A DNA stretch of 64,000 nt. Origin: Puccinia triticina. Lineage: Eukaryota. The stretch's first letter is position 1. Each line of letters starts with the position of its first letter. Below, in pieces: positions 37,158 through 50,159 of the stretch. The notes under the pieces are model-generated. The model saw only the letters and a program-made list of their open reading frames with translations. It searched no databases and was not told the DNA's origin. The stretch is taken from NCBI GenBank assembly GCA_026914245.1, contig CP110439.1:6758001-6822000 (forward strand), in the 5' to 3' direction. The position numbers and the translations under genes are program-made.

Positions 37158-38060
37158 GAGCATCTCCAATGGTCTGGGGGTGGATTGGGTTGCCTTCAGC
37201 AGCCCGCAACCAGATGTCCCGGACTGTCACAAACATTTCACAACAGTCCAAATTATGGACTGTCCAAACCGAGCCGGGGTGAGTTGGCCTGCCAGGCAGT
37301 GAACCCGGCAACAAGCGCTCATCCACCGGCCCAAAAAAGTCAATCCTCCATCAAAATGGATCTGTTCAAGATGCTCAGACCAAGGAAGAAGTAGCTACTA
37401 GCAAGGCCTCCAAAGACAATTTCAATCAGTTCCTTCTTCAATATCAAGCCATGCAAGACATTGATGGTCTCAAGAACAATTTGATCAAGCATCTCCGGAA
37501 GAAAAAGGGCTCAGAGGCTTGACATGAATTTCTGGTCATTTCTTTTTACTTTTATTTCTCTCTCAGCTATTTAAAAACTGTCTCCAAAGGTTGTTTTTTG
37601 ACTTGTTTCTTGATTGACAAAAAAAATATTGTTTATTCTTTTTGCTTTTTGCCCCGTTCCGACTATAGCATCCCGGGTGACGTTGAGCCATGTGGTGCAG
37701 AGAAGTTTATCTTCTTCAATGGTCCAGCAAGGATTTTGGGTTTTGGTACCCTTGGTCGTTTGGTCTTCAACAGCAGCTGAAAGTTGAGGAGTTGGAGGAG
37801 GTGATTGATTGGTGGCACCGGTGGTGTTGTCCATGGTGTGATGTGTCAAGGTTGTCTGTGGTGAATTGGTGGATATGTTGGGGAAGTGGTGTCGATGGCG
37901 GCTTGCCCAGAGCTGCCAAAAGAGGCAGCCTCAAGCGGGTTTCATCCACCCCTGCAAACTTTGGCAGCCCTTTTGGCGGTTCCGCTGGAGGCCAAAAATG
38001 CCTTCCGGCCCGCCAAAGTTGGACTCAGGTCGCGCGACAGAGGCTCCGTTGGAGATGCAT
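37158..38060. mobile_element. Internally deleted PIF/Harbinger transposon
   Basis: GAGCATCTCCAA / TTGGAGATGCAT ends with TTA TSD; plus-strand transposase C-terminal remnant (LKNNLIKHL..KKG); minus-strand Myb/SANT remnant WTIEEDKLLCTTWLNVTRDAIVGTGQK (37571-37849). Confidence 0.75.
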
Positions 38061-39231
38061 TTATTGATTCTTCTCCAGGATGTGTATCTAAGCTGTGGCT
38101 AGCAATTACAAACCAGTCAGCCAACCCAGTTACAGCCAAGGTGGATGCTGATCTTGTGCAGCCTACCAGCAAAGAGATTGAAGAACAGATTGAGGCACAA
38201 GCATTTGTGGATGAAAAGGATGGCAAGGAGGCTGAGGATCAGCAAGTTGATGCAATGATTGGAGGCAATGATAGTGGGTGGGACACAGTGTTATGAGCCG
38301 TAGAGTGTGCTCCGCAGCACAGGCTTCCATGTACATGTCACAGACGGCACTCTCAAGGTTTGAGAGCCTGGAGATCCCAAACTGCTTTCTCATCCTGCAA
38401 TCAACCATATAGGATCCAGAAACCCAGAAATCCAGAAACCAGACTTCATCTTTCTCTCCACAGAACAGACCATAAGATACAGATCATGATTACAATTTCT
38501 GACAAGCCTAAACAATTTATTAGACTATTTGTACTCTACATGCATAGTCACTTTGTTATGTTGTCACATAGTCTCATCATGTCCGCAGTAGTCTGAGTTC
38601 TGAAACCTAGTTGCTTGTTTATAATCTGTTTCCCATTCCACTCTAATGGTTCTCTAACCATTCAACATCTGGTCCAACTCAACAATCTCGCTGACATCCC
38701 TCAACTCTTGTCTAGGTCCGTTTTCATCTTTTCACCCTCATGTTTAGCTTGTCTCATCTGTCTGCCCATCTTGTTAGGTTTGTCCTTTGAGTGTCCGTAG
38801 CCACCGCTGCTTGCTTGTGTCTAACGCACTCCCTCATCATACAAGACACTTTGTCTTATACAATTTTTGAAAGATTTGTAGAAATTATTGAGGCATTAAA
38901 TTCTGTATTGATTCCAATTAAATTATGTTTGCAAGCATTTTCATAAGAACTATATGGGTTGTAATTATGGAGTAAGCAAGATATCTTATGTCAAAATCAA
39001 GATTGACAAGCACTCCTAATCAAACAGCCAAAAAAAATTAACTTGTGTTCCAGTAGAACAAAAAGAAGGCTTCAGACTGAATATAAAAATCTATTAAGGG
39101 AATAATTACTTCAAATGACTGCATAACCAACCAAACAGCCCAAAAAGAACAGTGTCTTGGAATGAATTCAAGAGGTAAAAAAAAGAAAGAAAAACTTCAA
39201 ATTGAAAAGAAAACTGTCAAAGGGAAAACCC

Positions 39232-40076
39232 CTACAGCTGCATAATATGCCTCAATGCATGGGAAAGCACTCCCCCCACTCCATGATTTTCCTGCAAATT
39301 CACTCTTTCCAAAGGCACAGCATCCCTAACTGCTCTCTCCACCCAGGGAAACACCCGGAGAAGGATTTGACGGTATAAGCAGGAGGAACTTAGAGAAGAA
39401 ACTGAACGGGCGAGCAGCCAAGACACGTCGGCTGAAATAATCTCCTTTGCACGACGAACAGTGTCACTAATGTCCAACATTTCAGCCAACTGGAAGGTAC
39501 CCATTTCTTCCCCCCTGACTACGATTCCGCTGTTTGTTGCTCCTTGCGACCCCGGTTCGCCGAATAATGTGGAGTATTTTTGTTCCCATGCTAGTGTGGA
39601 AAAAGAAATGTCTTCGGGAAGTGCATCGGGTTCTCCATTCTGAATCTTATCCTCATCGGACAGAAAGGAGTAAGGGTTTTGATCATCTTCTCTGTCCCAG
39701 TGGTGGCTGGTCGGGTTTCCAGAACCACCGGGTCGTTCCTCATCCTCAATCGGCACAACCAATCCAAGCTTTACGCATTGCATGAAAAGGTGAATCAGTT
39801 ATTCAGCTTCGCAGCCTTCTGAATCTCAATGTCGAGAAAAGTAGAGAGAGAACTCACAGAATGATCAGAGCCTAGTCTCACGGCCAGTCGATCTGAATTT
39901 GGAGGAGATATGGGGGGTTGGATCTTCAAATCATTCGCGACCAAATTATTGGACTCCTGTACAAATCTATTGGATTGCTCGGCGGACTTTGCATCTTGAA
40001 CAAACGAGCCCGGATCCGGGATGGTCGGGCGGCCATATACTGCGAAGCCAACTCCAACAAGCTTTTTTTCCCTCAA
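39232..40076 (-). CDS. Hypothetical protein (two adjacent ORFs, probably spliced or pseudogenised)
   Basis: Consecutive 93-aa and 183-aa ORFs with protein-like composition; no motif recognised. Confidence 0.35.
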
Positions 40077-40496
40077 ATTAAGTAGTTAGCTCCAAAAGCT
40101 GCTGGAGGTTGGTGCTGGCATGAATTAATTTAAGCGGAACTTAACTATTATTGTCTTTTCCGAAAAGGTTGGACAAAAACAAAAGAAATTGATTTCGAAT
40201 ATCCTTTGCAAATCCCATAAAACCTAGATTCCCCAAAGTTTAATTGGGGAGTCCACCAGGCCGGTCAGCCTGAAGCCACAGCACTTGCGGACGCAAAGCA
40301 CATGACCTGCCAAACATCTTTGAATCGTGAAAGTACAGTGTGACTTTGGATTCGAGATCAGCTCCGCACTGCCAACCTGGCAGCTCTTCAGAATCAAACG
40401 AGTGGGTCAGTCAATAGGGTCAATCGAGCTCTTCCGGTGGTGCGTCCGCCCTTTCCTCCACTCCCTCTTCGGCGGACTGCAATCACTCCCCTAACC

Positions 40497-41203
40497 ATGT
40501 CTCACTTCCACCCTTACAACAGGTCATACTCGCAAGTGTCAGCCCCATCGTCTGAGATCTATCCGCCCTCTGAGAATGAACACGTCCATCCGGGATTGAT
40601 GGCCGCGCGGCCCCATTTCCATCAACCCGACTCACACATCTATCCGCCTGACTTCAGCATGCCACCTTGTGAGTAGATTTTCCCACATTCTTTTTTGGGG
40701 CAGCGAAATGACTGACTGGATAATCTTTGGATCTCCAGCATCTGAAGGAGCCAGGTGTTAGTCTCTTGTCTCCACCTGCGACGCTCAAATATTATAACCG
40801 CAAAACGAAGAAATCATCCCCGCTGGACGCTTCCCCTGGCGCGCCGGGCCCACCGTTGAGCTCATCTGATCTGGTGGCAAGCTTGGTTGAAGCCTGCTGT
40901 GCGACCATTGGATCCAATGCAACCAAACCTAATCTTGTACCATCGCCACCGTCTTCGGATGCTGGCTCCCTCGAGGGGGACCCACCGTTGTTGATTGAGT
41001 ACCTGAAGTTTGCAGGTGTTCCGCCTACCGAGAAGACGTTGGCGATTCTGGCGGGCGAAGATATCGACAGCTACCAAATGTTTGCGGACGGATACATGTC
41101 GAATGAAGATTTGAAGGGCTTGGGACTTACTAAGGGGACTCTGGCGAAGCTCCGCAACAATGCTGGACCGTGCCGACGCAGCCTTCGCCGTCAAAGGGAA
41201 TAG
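40497..41203 (+). CDS. TE-associated hypothetical protein with a C-terminal SAM-like domain (copy 1)
   Basis: ATG at about 40497, probable intron near 40670-40738, then LIEYLKFAGV...DIDSYQMF...EDLKGLGLTKGTLAKL. Paralog at 52374-52850. Confidence 0.5.
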
Positions 41204-42093
41204 TGTATTTGGGTTTTTTGCTGTCTGTTACTTGATCGGTCTTTCTTGTCCAGTGTTTGGGTTCTCTTTTTCTCGGACTGACAAAAATTTATACAATACA
41301 CAACTGTTTCCTCTCTCTCACCAAAAATATATACAATACACGACTGTTTCCTCTCTCTTTTTTCCTACAAAGATAAAACCAATCAGTCTGCCCTTGCTTG
41401 GTTTGCCGATCTCTCCTCTCTCTTGCTGACCTACAATTACAAATACTGTGCTTGGTTTCCTGATCGATCTCTCCATTCCTGTCATCACCTTGGTTGAACA
41501 TTTAGTTTCTTCCTACCTATGAAAATACATATACAAACATGGTCTGCACTTGATATCGGTGGCTGAATGCACTCTTAGCAAGCAAAATGCCTTGCGCTCT
41601 GACCCAAAAGCTCTCAGCAAGCAAAATGGCTCGCCCTCTGAGCCAAAGACTCACAAGGATCGCGCAATAAGCAAAAGAAGTTCATCACTAAGGCACTCAA
41701 ACTAATCATCTGCCGATGTACTCTGTGCTTGAGGCCAATGAAGGCTTGCGCGAATGTCTGCTCACACTAGAAATTGCTCAAGCTCTAAGCGAGCAAAATG
41801 GCTTGCCCTCGAGCCAAAGACTCACAAGACCCTCGCGCGCTAAGCAGAAGGAATAGATCACTAACATTTCAGTATATTTTCTGGAGAGAGAGGACAAACT
41901 ACTAAGTCGATAACACTAAATAACCTATCCTTAATAAGTGTACTTTCCAGGGAGAGAGCAACGGCAAAATAGCAGAGTTGGAATGTTGGCTTGGCCTAAC
42001 AACTATGTCAATAACAATACAGAACCTCTCCTTTAGGGATCTCCGGTAAGGAACTGAGTGAAGTGTGCTACATCTATCTGAAGTGTGCTGCAT

Positions 42094-42567
42094 CTATCTA
42101 TGGGAATAAACATCTTGTTCAAGTAGAGCGACCCCCTCGCAAAGTAGGCAGGCAGTCCCAATAGGGAATCCCAAATCAATTAACGCCTGCTCGGACGCAC
42201 TTCTGAAAAAGGTCCAATTTATTATGCCATGGGCGCTCAATCGGCGTTGGGTTCCAGAATCCTTTGAATGAATGCCTGCGACGTCCAGGAACCTCTCGAA
42301 GGGGACGCTTTGCAACTCGGGTGGTTCAGGGCCGAGTGGGATCCTTGCTTGGTGGGTCGGATCGGCTTGAGACGACTGGATAACTCGAGCCAATGTGAGA
42401 GAAACCACGCGGCGGGCTGTAGCAGTCAGAGGCCCGCGGATCACTTCAATCTCGTCCGTTGATACTGGCTTACGTCCAGCCGGGACGCGTGGGGAAGTCG
42501 TGTTGGTTGCCAAGGGAGAGGGCCCCACCTCATGAGTCTTTGGCGCGGAAGTCTTGGGGGTGGACAT
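42094..42567 (-). CDS. TE-associated hypothetical protein with a C-terminal SAM-like domain (upstream part separated by the Gypsy insertion)
   Basis: FERFLDVAGI...HGIINWTFFRS.SEQALIDLGFPIGTA. Frameshifted paralog at 53730-54203. Confidence 0.5.
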   Translation of the reverse strand: MSTPKTSAPKTHEVGPSPLATNTTSPRVPAGRKPVSTDEIEVIRGPLTATARRVVSLTLARVIQSSQADPTHQARIPLGPEPPELQSVPFERFLDVAGIHSKDSGTQRRLSAHGIINWTFFRSASEQALIDLGFPIGTACLLCEGVALLEQDVYSHR

Positions 42568-43563
42568 TCCTTTGGGACCGTCCTTTGTGACGGCGCTGTG
42601 GAACTCCGTCCGTGCCAGGCGGCGGCAGTTGTTGGAGGGGAAAAGTTTGGGGATGCCCTCCGGGGATTGGTCGAAGAGGAGGATGGGGGATCTGAGAGCG
42701 AAGAGGTATGAGGGGTTTTGATTTACGACGGCGTTGAGCGCGCGTCGGCGGGGTTGTATTTATTGAAAGGGGAGAGGGAAGAAACTGAGAAGGATGAGGA
42801 AGATTCGGGAAGAGGAGATCGTCGAGGGGCGCCGGAAGGCGGGATCAGAGTGAGGGGGATCGACAGAGAACGCCACGTGCGTGATAAGAAAGTGTCCCAG
42901 ATCGTTGGGACAGATAAAGCTCAGAGTGCTCGGGAAAGTGATGAATATCGATGATCAATTGAATTCTGATGGAAAAACTGGTTCAGAGTGTCTCCCATGC
43001 TGTCCCATCATCTAAGTTCGGCCAGAACTTAGACTCCGGGCGCAGCACGCAGTGGGACCTTCATCATACACCCGCGCACGCCGCAAACACAAAGAGAAAG
43101 AAACAGACAAAAGAAAAAACCAAAACAAAACAAAACTCAAACAAAACCAACCCACCCACAGCTAAACCATCCAACACGCGCAGATAAGAAACAAGAAAAA
43201 ACTAGACAGTGGTAGAAACAAAAGAAAAGGAAGAAACTGGGAAAAAAAATGGACACAACACTATATGGAGGAGAAAAGAAACCCTGCACGCCCAACCGCG
43301 CGCCGCCGCGTATTCTGATCTTGACACCGCGTGTACCGGGCTGAACACCACATCTCCACCACGCTTACAGTCTGTCCCTAGACTGTTCGTCTTCCTCGCC
43401 GCGCGCCATGGAAAAAGAAAACCGGGGAAAGGGGGAAGAACCTAACGGATGCCGACAAAAGGGAAAAAAAGAGGGGCCGCCACGTTGCTCACAAGCGTGG
43501 CATAAAGTAGAGTTTCGAAAATACTAAGAGCATCACGCCCGGAGGTGCATTATTGGGTGGAAC

Positions 43564-46500
43564 TTACTTTTGTTCCCCAATGCCTCCGCGACCATAATAT
43601 TTCTTCACCTGGTCCGCGGCAAAGCGCCGCTTGAGTTCGACGCCATCCAACTCAGCCAACACGTAGGACCCGCCTTGTACTTGTTTCACGACGCGATACG
43701 GACCGTTCCATCTGTGCGCGAAGAGCTGACCCCACTGGATCTCGAGGGAACGGTTGTATGCCAAAACCAAATCGCCAGTCTTCAGAGGAGCTCGCCTTTG
43801 GCCTGCGTGCTTCTCCTCCCAGTACCGAACAGCTTCGCCTCTTGACTCCATCATTCGTTGATACGCCTTCTCACGGGTCTCTTCGCTGCGCTCCAATTGC
43901 CTAGAACGCGCCACTAGTAGATCGGTGGTGTCCTGTACACTTTCCCAGTCCACCCCTAAGTAGGATTCAATTTCCAAGTCTAGCGGAAGGACCGCACGCT
44001 GACCAAAGACCAGTTCATACGGAGAGTAGCCAGTGCTTCGCTTAGTTGAAATTCGGTCCGCGAACAAAACCAGCGGTAGGAATCGTCTACAGTTCTTGCC
44101 GCTCTCGCCAGCAAGTTTCACTAGCGCGGCCTTAAGAGGTCCATGGCCACGCTCGACCATTCCCTGACCCTCCGGGTAGTAAGGGGTAGAAACTCGATGT
44201 TGCCCAGGTAGTTTGCGTAACATGTCAGCCAGGGCTCCACCGAACTCGGAGCCTCCGTCAGTGGAATAGGATTGCGCTAAGCCATAACGCATGGTCCAAT
44301 GTTCGTGTAGGAAAGCGGCAACCGCCTCAGACGTTAAATTGTTAAGGATCTTTGCTTCGACCCAGCCCGAAAAATCGTCCCTTGCGATGATGAGGTACTT
44401 CGCGCCGCTGGCCTTCAGGTGCACCGCGTCCATCGAGACGCGGCCGAAAACAGTGGATTCGCCAGTGGGGTAATGTACCTCCTGCGGCCGCCAAAGATCC
44501 TTCTTTTGGCACGCATCGCAGCTTTGACACCACTTCGTCACTGTTTGCTTCAACGCTGGCCACCAGAATCGTTCAGAGACTCGTCGATAAGTTTCGACCA
44601 CGCCCCGATGGCCTAAATCTTCATGGAGCTTAGTCAGAATCGCGTCCTGTCTTGATGGGATGGTGACAACTATTTTGGGCAACGGAGAGGCTCGCTTCAT
44701 CAACCTTCCCGCTTGTAGGAAGAACTCGGATGATTTACGCTTTAAGGCACGAAATTCTTTAGCATTCATCGCGCTAGGCTTCTGCAGGGTAGCTAAGAAA
44801 CTTTCCAGTGTACGCCAAAAACCCTCCTGATAGCCCGAGTAGACGTCCTGGGCGCTTGCAGCGCTTACGCGTCGAGGGTGGATGAGAGCCTCCTCCTCAT
44901 CGAAATCTGACTCAGGTACTTCTTCGCCGTCCTCCATAGGGCGCCGAGACAGTCCGTCCGGCATTGTGAACGTCTTGCCGGGTCTGTGCACGATATCAAA
45001 TGAAAACAGCTGGATAAACGAAACCCATCGAGTCATCGGGGCATTCGGAAGGCTGGGGGCATTAATCATCTGGATTAGCAACTGTGCATCCACGAGCAGC
45101 TGAAAGTGCTGCCCCCAAAGGACCACTTGAAGCTTCTTTAAAATTCTTGCCACGCCGCATAACTCAAGCTTGGGTTGCGAGTATCGTGACTCAACATCGG
45201 AGAATAAGAGGGATTCGTACAAAGCTGGTCAATCGAGGCCATTCGCGTCTTCCTGAGTGAGTACTGCGCCCGCAGCATGAAAGCTGGAGTCCACGGCTAG
45301 CTTGAGTTTTCCGGCCGCGGGTCCATAGTCAATCTTTACCAGTACGATGTCTTTACCCACAATAGTCTTAAGTTTCTGAAATGCCGCTTCACACTTGGCC
45401 AACCAGATCCAGTCTGTGTCCTTCCTTGTCAAACGGCGCAAAGGTAAACAGATTTCGGACAACAAGGGAATAAAGACCCGAATGTATACCACGACTCCTA
45501 GAAAACCTCTCACTTTGGTAGCGTTGACGGGGGTCGGCCACGAGAGAATTTTGTTGACCTTTGTGGCGGCCATCTTGCGTCCCTCTTTGCACACAACGTG
45601 ACCGACAATTTCAAGCGCGGGTACGCAGGCAGCAAGTTTAGACGCTGACACCGTGAGCCCGCTCTCCTCGATCCGAAAAAGGATTCTTTCCAGCGTGGTC
45701 GTGTATTCCCAAATGAACCGTCGAATCCCGCGGTGCCAGGGAAGCGTCTCGTTATCATAGTCAGAAGCCGGGCCCTTAATACCCCCATCATCAATAAAAA
45801 TCCCTGCGTGATCAGGGATTTCATCCTGCAGTATCCAGACCATTTGCGCCTGATACACTGCGACGGAATTAGTAGCGCCCTGAGATAGACGCATGAGCTG
45901 AAACCGGCCGAGAGGAGTATCAAAAGTCGTAAGAGGGCGGGAGATGGGATCCAAGGCACGCTCGTCGTAGCCGCCCATAATATCGCCCAACCCGTAGCAT
46001 GCTCGACCGGCGAAAGATTCCACGAATTCCTCAGTGGCGGGAGGTACTCCTGAGTCTTTGATAGTCACTTTATTCAAGGGCTGGAGGTCGTGAACAACAC
46101 GCAATTTACCGTTGCTCTTAAGCACGCAAAAGACGGGGCTAGAGTAAGTAGACGTCGACTGCTCGTACAGACCATTTTTCACACGCTCCCGTATGAGCCG
46201 AATGAACTCATCGAGTTTAGCCGCAGGAATAGGAATTCTTTTCTTCTGCCAGGGCTCGTGCTCGACTACTGGGATGATATAGGGAAGGCCGTAAGATTCT
46301 TTGAGCAACCCCCGCTCTGCTTCCGTAAAGGCAATGGACTTGTTGCGCTCCGCCAGCACGTTCTTGATCAAATCGAGTTCATCCGGCCACAACCAGCCGT
46401 CCGGTCCGAAATTAACAACAGCTAGCCTCTCCTCTGTCACACGTCCTCTGGGAACAAAAGGGCCCGCTAGTGCTCGAGACAAACCCTGGTAAGGGTCAGG

Positions 46501-46797
46501 TGAAAGGGGTGGTCGACGAAGCAGGGGATTTAATCCTTGCGGCATTGGAGAGTTAATCGGCTTAATCTTCTTAGACACCGGTTTGTACTTGGCCGCCAAA
46601 GTCAGATAACCTCCCTGGCGCCAAGATTCCGCCAGCGCGCACTGAGATCTAAAGCAGAGCCCCAAATTCAACATCCGCCACGTTCGATGCTCCGCAGGAC
46701 TCTCGAAAGGGGCCTTTTCTGCAAAGGTGAAAGAAGCAGCCGGCGCTTTGCTCACAAATGTGGCACGAAGTAGAGTTTTTTGAAGGCGGAGCGGCAT
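43564..46797 (-). pseudogene. Gypsy pol (RT-RNase H-integrase) with one in-frame stop at 45229-45231
   Basis: RT LRVVHDLQPLN, QGATNS, FIDDGGIKG; RNase H LAVDSS, YSQPKLEL; integrase H..GH..C..C, DDFSGW, TDGGSEF, ERGH; GPY/F motif WNGPYRV; no chromodomain. Confidence 0.93.
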
Positions 46798-47703
46798 CTT
46801 GCCCGGAGGTGCACAATTGGGTGGAACTTACTTCTACACCAAACTGCCTCCACGGTGGACCAAATCCCACCACACCTCCATCACCCGCTATCTCCCATAA
46901 CAAACGCTTCCCCTCGTTGCGAAGCCAACGCTCCAAATCCGCCTCGCCAAAGCCTAAGGATGTGAGGAAACCAGAACCAAGGGGGCGGCTCACAGAAGTG
47001 GCATGTAATGCTAACGACGACGCGTAGTAGAGCCCGGAGGTGCACAATCGGGAGGTACTTACTTCTAATCCTCCCGGCCTCCGCGGAGCAAACCTTTCCT
47101 CCTCACTCGCCTCGCCCTCAAAATCCAGGAGATGTAGTTTACCCTCATCACGGAGAGAATCCAGTATAGAAGAGTCTAGTTTTCCCTCATTGCGGAGGCG
47201 GGTTTGAACTAGTAGATTATTCTCCTTTCGGAGACGTGCCGAAAAGGTTGAAAGACCACCTGGCGTATAGGAATGGAAAGAATTTTGGGTGGGGCTCACG
47301 ACTGTGGCGCACGGTAGAGTTTTTGACGAAGAAGCGGCATCGTGCCCGGAGGTGCATAATTGGGAGGAACTTACTTTTAATCCTCCCGGCCTCCGCAGAT
47401 ACCCTGATTCCTCCCATTTACCCCGCGCCAAAATACTGTTCTCGCCGGAAGTCTGCCTTGATCCAGAGGCGTAGTCGAGAACAAAAGAAGAAGGAAGAGT
47501 CGAAGAAACACCAGAGCCGAAGGAAACCAAAATGTTTTTGGGTTTTTGATGCTTATTTAAGTGTTTTTGTGAGTTGATATTTTCTGAAACCTGATGACAA
47601 TAAGAAGGAGAGTAGGGCCAGTGAACCTCTTGAAAATGAGTTGATTCAGCGGCGCGAGGGCGAGGTTCTACATTAACTCGGCCGCTTTCTGAATCAACTT
47701 GAC

Positions 47704-49857
47704 TCATAAAAAATGATGACCCTTGATTGGGTCATCGCGAGCCTTTCCCTTCCGAGTAAGGATCGCCTTCTTGCCTTGGCCTGGGAAATCGCGCTCCCAG
47801 CGCCCAACACTAGTCAAACAAAGAGACAGCTCGATCCGTCTTCCCGTTGAATCCGGAAGCAAAATGTGCTCGCCGTGGTCTGCCAAAAAACTGAGAGTAG
47901 CGTCGAAGTCCATGAGGAAGGGCCGTCCCAGAATCATTGGCCCTTCCATCCGGGTTATCCAAAAATGGCACGGTCCTGAGACTGACTTCCCAATTCGAAG
48001 ATGTACGTCCTCTGCTATTCCAACCAGCTCGCAAGCCTGGTTGCCAATCCCGTAGACCGCCGAGGTGAAGTTAACTCGCGGGCTAATATTGAGTTTGTTA
48101 GCCATGGCATCAGAGATCAAATTTAGCTGAGATCCAGAATCCACTAAAGGAGAGACGTTACTCTCCTCATCGCCAGCCAGACATGCCAAATAACCCAACG
48201 GACACGAATACAGTCGCGGCTCGAAACCATTGCCGGCGGTCTCCAAACCCTCCGCCAATGTCCCGGATGACACCTTCAACTCCTCCGACCCAATCTCGAC
48301 ACGCCAACGAGAAACCCATTTCTTCATTCCTTCCGCGACGGAAGGGGCGACAGCAAGGAGCTCCGAAACCGTAACGTTAGGCACCGACAAATCAAAGACC
48401 TTCTTGAGCATTCCTTCAACCGCGTTTGGATGGTCCTTGGTAACTCTGCGCTCAAAACGGACCTTCGGCGATATGGTTGGAGGCTTGGCTGGCGATTCTG
48501 CAGGGACATCCTCCATAGGAACCAAATCTGCCGGTGGAGCAGCCGGAGTGCGCTCAAAAAGCTCCTCCTCCATATCCGATCCCTCCGCGTCTGGGCCAGC
48601 ATCGGGTGCTGTAGCCTTCTTGGCAGGACGCCGAGCCGCCAAAGGAGGAACCGTTGGAGCCTTGTAGGGTCTGGGCGCTTCATGCTTGCGTTGCGCAGGA
48701 TCGGCCTCGTACGTTCCAGAAAAGGTCTGAGAAGAAACCGCCGGGGGATACCAAGGATTCAAAGAACCACACGCTGCTCGAAATTCCTGAGCAGCTACAC
48801 TTGCCAATGGTTGGGAGGGAAAAGAGGCGACCACATGTCGAATCGGCCTTGAGGAATCAAAAGGAATCAGCTCCCCGTTGGGCAAGAAAAAGTTATTGCC
48901 CTTTTGTTCCACGAGATTTGCTTCCTTATCTTTTTTTAACTCAAAACAACGCCCAGTCCCATGGCCTTCACGGTGGCAATAGTAACAAACCATAGGACCG
49001 CGCTCCTTCGATGAAGACGCACCTCCAGAAGGAACTGCGGCGCTCAAAAACTTCTTCTCGATCCGTTGCTCGAAGGACTGAAGCATCTTAGAGATATCAT
49101 CAACGGTGACAGGAGGGTTTTCAGATGTTGCGGGGGCTTTAGGTCGGCGATCCTGCTCAATTTTCTGCATGATATCGTTTGACTGCTGAAAAGGAGCCCC
49201 CAAAACTGGCGACGACGACCTTGGATCCTCAAAAGTCAAGGCTGTTTGGCCCTTCATGACCTCAGCGACCGCGGTCTTCAGAATCTCAAAAGTCGGGAGT
49301 TTAAATCGATTATCCAAGGTGGTGATCATTGTCTTGGCCTTGATCAGATGGTCCCTGACACGCTCCTGGACCCCAGGCGATAGAGATCTATAGTAAAGAG
49401 TTTGCACTTCCTCCACTGAGTCGATGTGAGCCTTGCGGAGGAGGTACGACTGAATTGGCTCCCAAACACGACGGAAATCCTGATAATCCACGACAGACGT
49501 GACTCCTCCTTTTGAGATCCACGACTGCACCAGCGCCTCCAAGTCCGGAAGAGTAAAGCGCGCCGTATCAAGCTGCCCCCAATACGCAACCATGGCCGCC
49601 TTGAGAGATTTCCAATTCGGAGGATCATAGCCGTCGAGAGTCTCCAGTACATCCTTGACTTCAGATTTGCGCACAAAAAACCGTACTTGCTGCGCCATAT
49701 CAAACTCCAACGCGCCATCCAAATTGGCAGACAGCTGGTAGTCCGCCAAGAAACGCTCGACGTGCGTGCCTTCGAAACACAAGCCCTTGTCCTGAGGCTT
49801 TATCTTCACGCGCCGTGCACCAACGGCTCCCAAAGCTTCTGCCGCAATGTCGGCCAT
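47704..49857 (-). CDS. Gypsy gag-protease
   Basis: Open frame of ~717 aa from ATG 49857; CCHC knuckle CYYCHREGHGTGRC; aspartic protease LVDSGSQLN and ILGRPF. Confidence 0.9.
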   Translation of the reverse strand: MADIAAEALGAVGARRVKIKPQDKGLCFEGTHVERFLADYQLSANLDGALEFDMAQQVRFFVRKSEVKDVLETLDGYDPPNWKSLKAAMVAYWGQLDTARFTLPDLEALVQSWISKGGVTSVVDYQDFRRVWEPIQSYLLRKAHIDSVEEVQTLYYRSLSPGVQERVRDHLIKAKTMITTLDNRFKLPTFEILKTAVAEVMKGQTALTFEDPRSSSPVLGAPFQQSNDIMQKIEQDRRPKAPATSENPPVTVDDISKMLQSFEQRIEKKFLSAAVPSGGASSSKERGPMVCYYCHREGHGTGRCFELKKDKEANLVEQKGNNFFLPNGELIPFDSSRPIRHVVASFPSQPLASVAAQEFRAACGSLNPWYPPAVSSQTFSGTYEADPAQRKHEAPRPYKAPTVPPLAARRPAKKATAPDAGPDAEGSDMEEELFERTPAAPPADLVPMEDVPAESPAKPPTISPKVRFERRVTKDHPNAVEGMLKKVFDLSVPNVTVSELLAVAPSVAEGMKKWVSRWRVEIGSEELKVSSGTLAEGLETAGNGFEPRLYSCPLGYLACLAGDEESNVSPLVDSGSQLNLISDAMANKLNISPRVNFTSAVYGIGNQACELVGIAEDVHLRIGKSVSGPCHFWITRMEGPMILGRPFLMDFDATLSFLADHGEHILLPDSTGRRIELSLCLTSVGRWERDFPGQGKKAILTRKGKARDDPIKGHHFL

Positions 49858-50113
49858 CGCGCGTGTCACGAAAGGACTGATCTAAAAGAAATTTGATGCG
49901 AATACGGATGGCTCACGAAGTGGCAACGTAATGCTTGACAACGTGTAGTAGCACCCTCGAGGTGCACAAACTGGGAGGACTTACTTCTAACTCCTGAGCC
50001 TCCGCCGTTGAACACACTAAAAAAAAAAAAAAAAAAAAAGAAAGAAAAGGAATAAATAAAAAAAACAAAAAGAGCAGACCGCCAAGCGTCTCAAAACCGT
50101 GAAAATTGGCGAT

Positions 50114-50159
50114 ACTGTAAATCTTGAGGTCGCTGGTTCGATCCCGGCTCGGGGGACCA
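50114..50159 (-). promoter_or_regulatory. Extended primer-binding site complementary to tRNA-Tyr(GTA)
   Basis: The plus strand reads ACTGTAAATCTTGAGGTCGCTGGTTCGATCCCGGCTCGGGGGACCA (anticodon loop through CCA), 2 nt from the 5' LTR. Confidence 0.8.

Noticed and set aside
42718..43445. ORFs duplicated at 50283-50959 (also 12503-12831 and 17832-18160)
   Set aside because: They lie within LTRs, so LTR identity explains the duplication.
46649..47707. 352-aa ORF as a separate or env-like gene
   Set aside because: Low-complexity gag-pol spacer made partly of the repeated motif; no recognisable domain or transmembrane segment.
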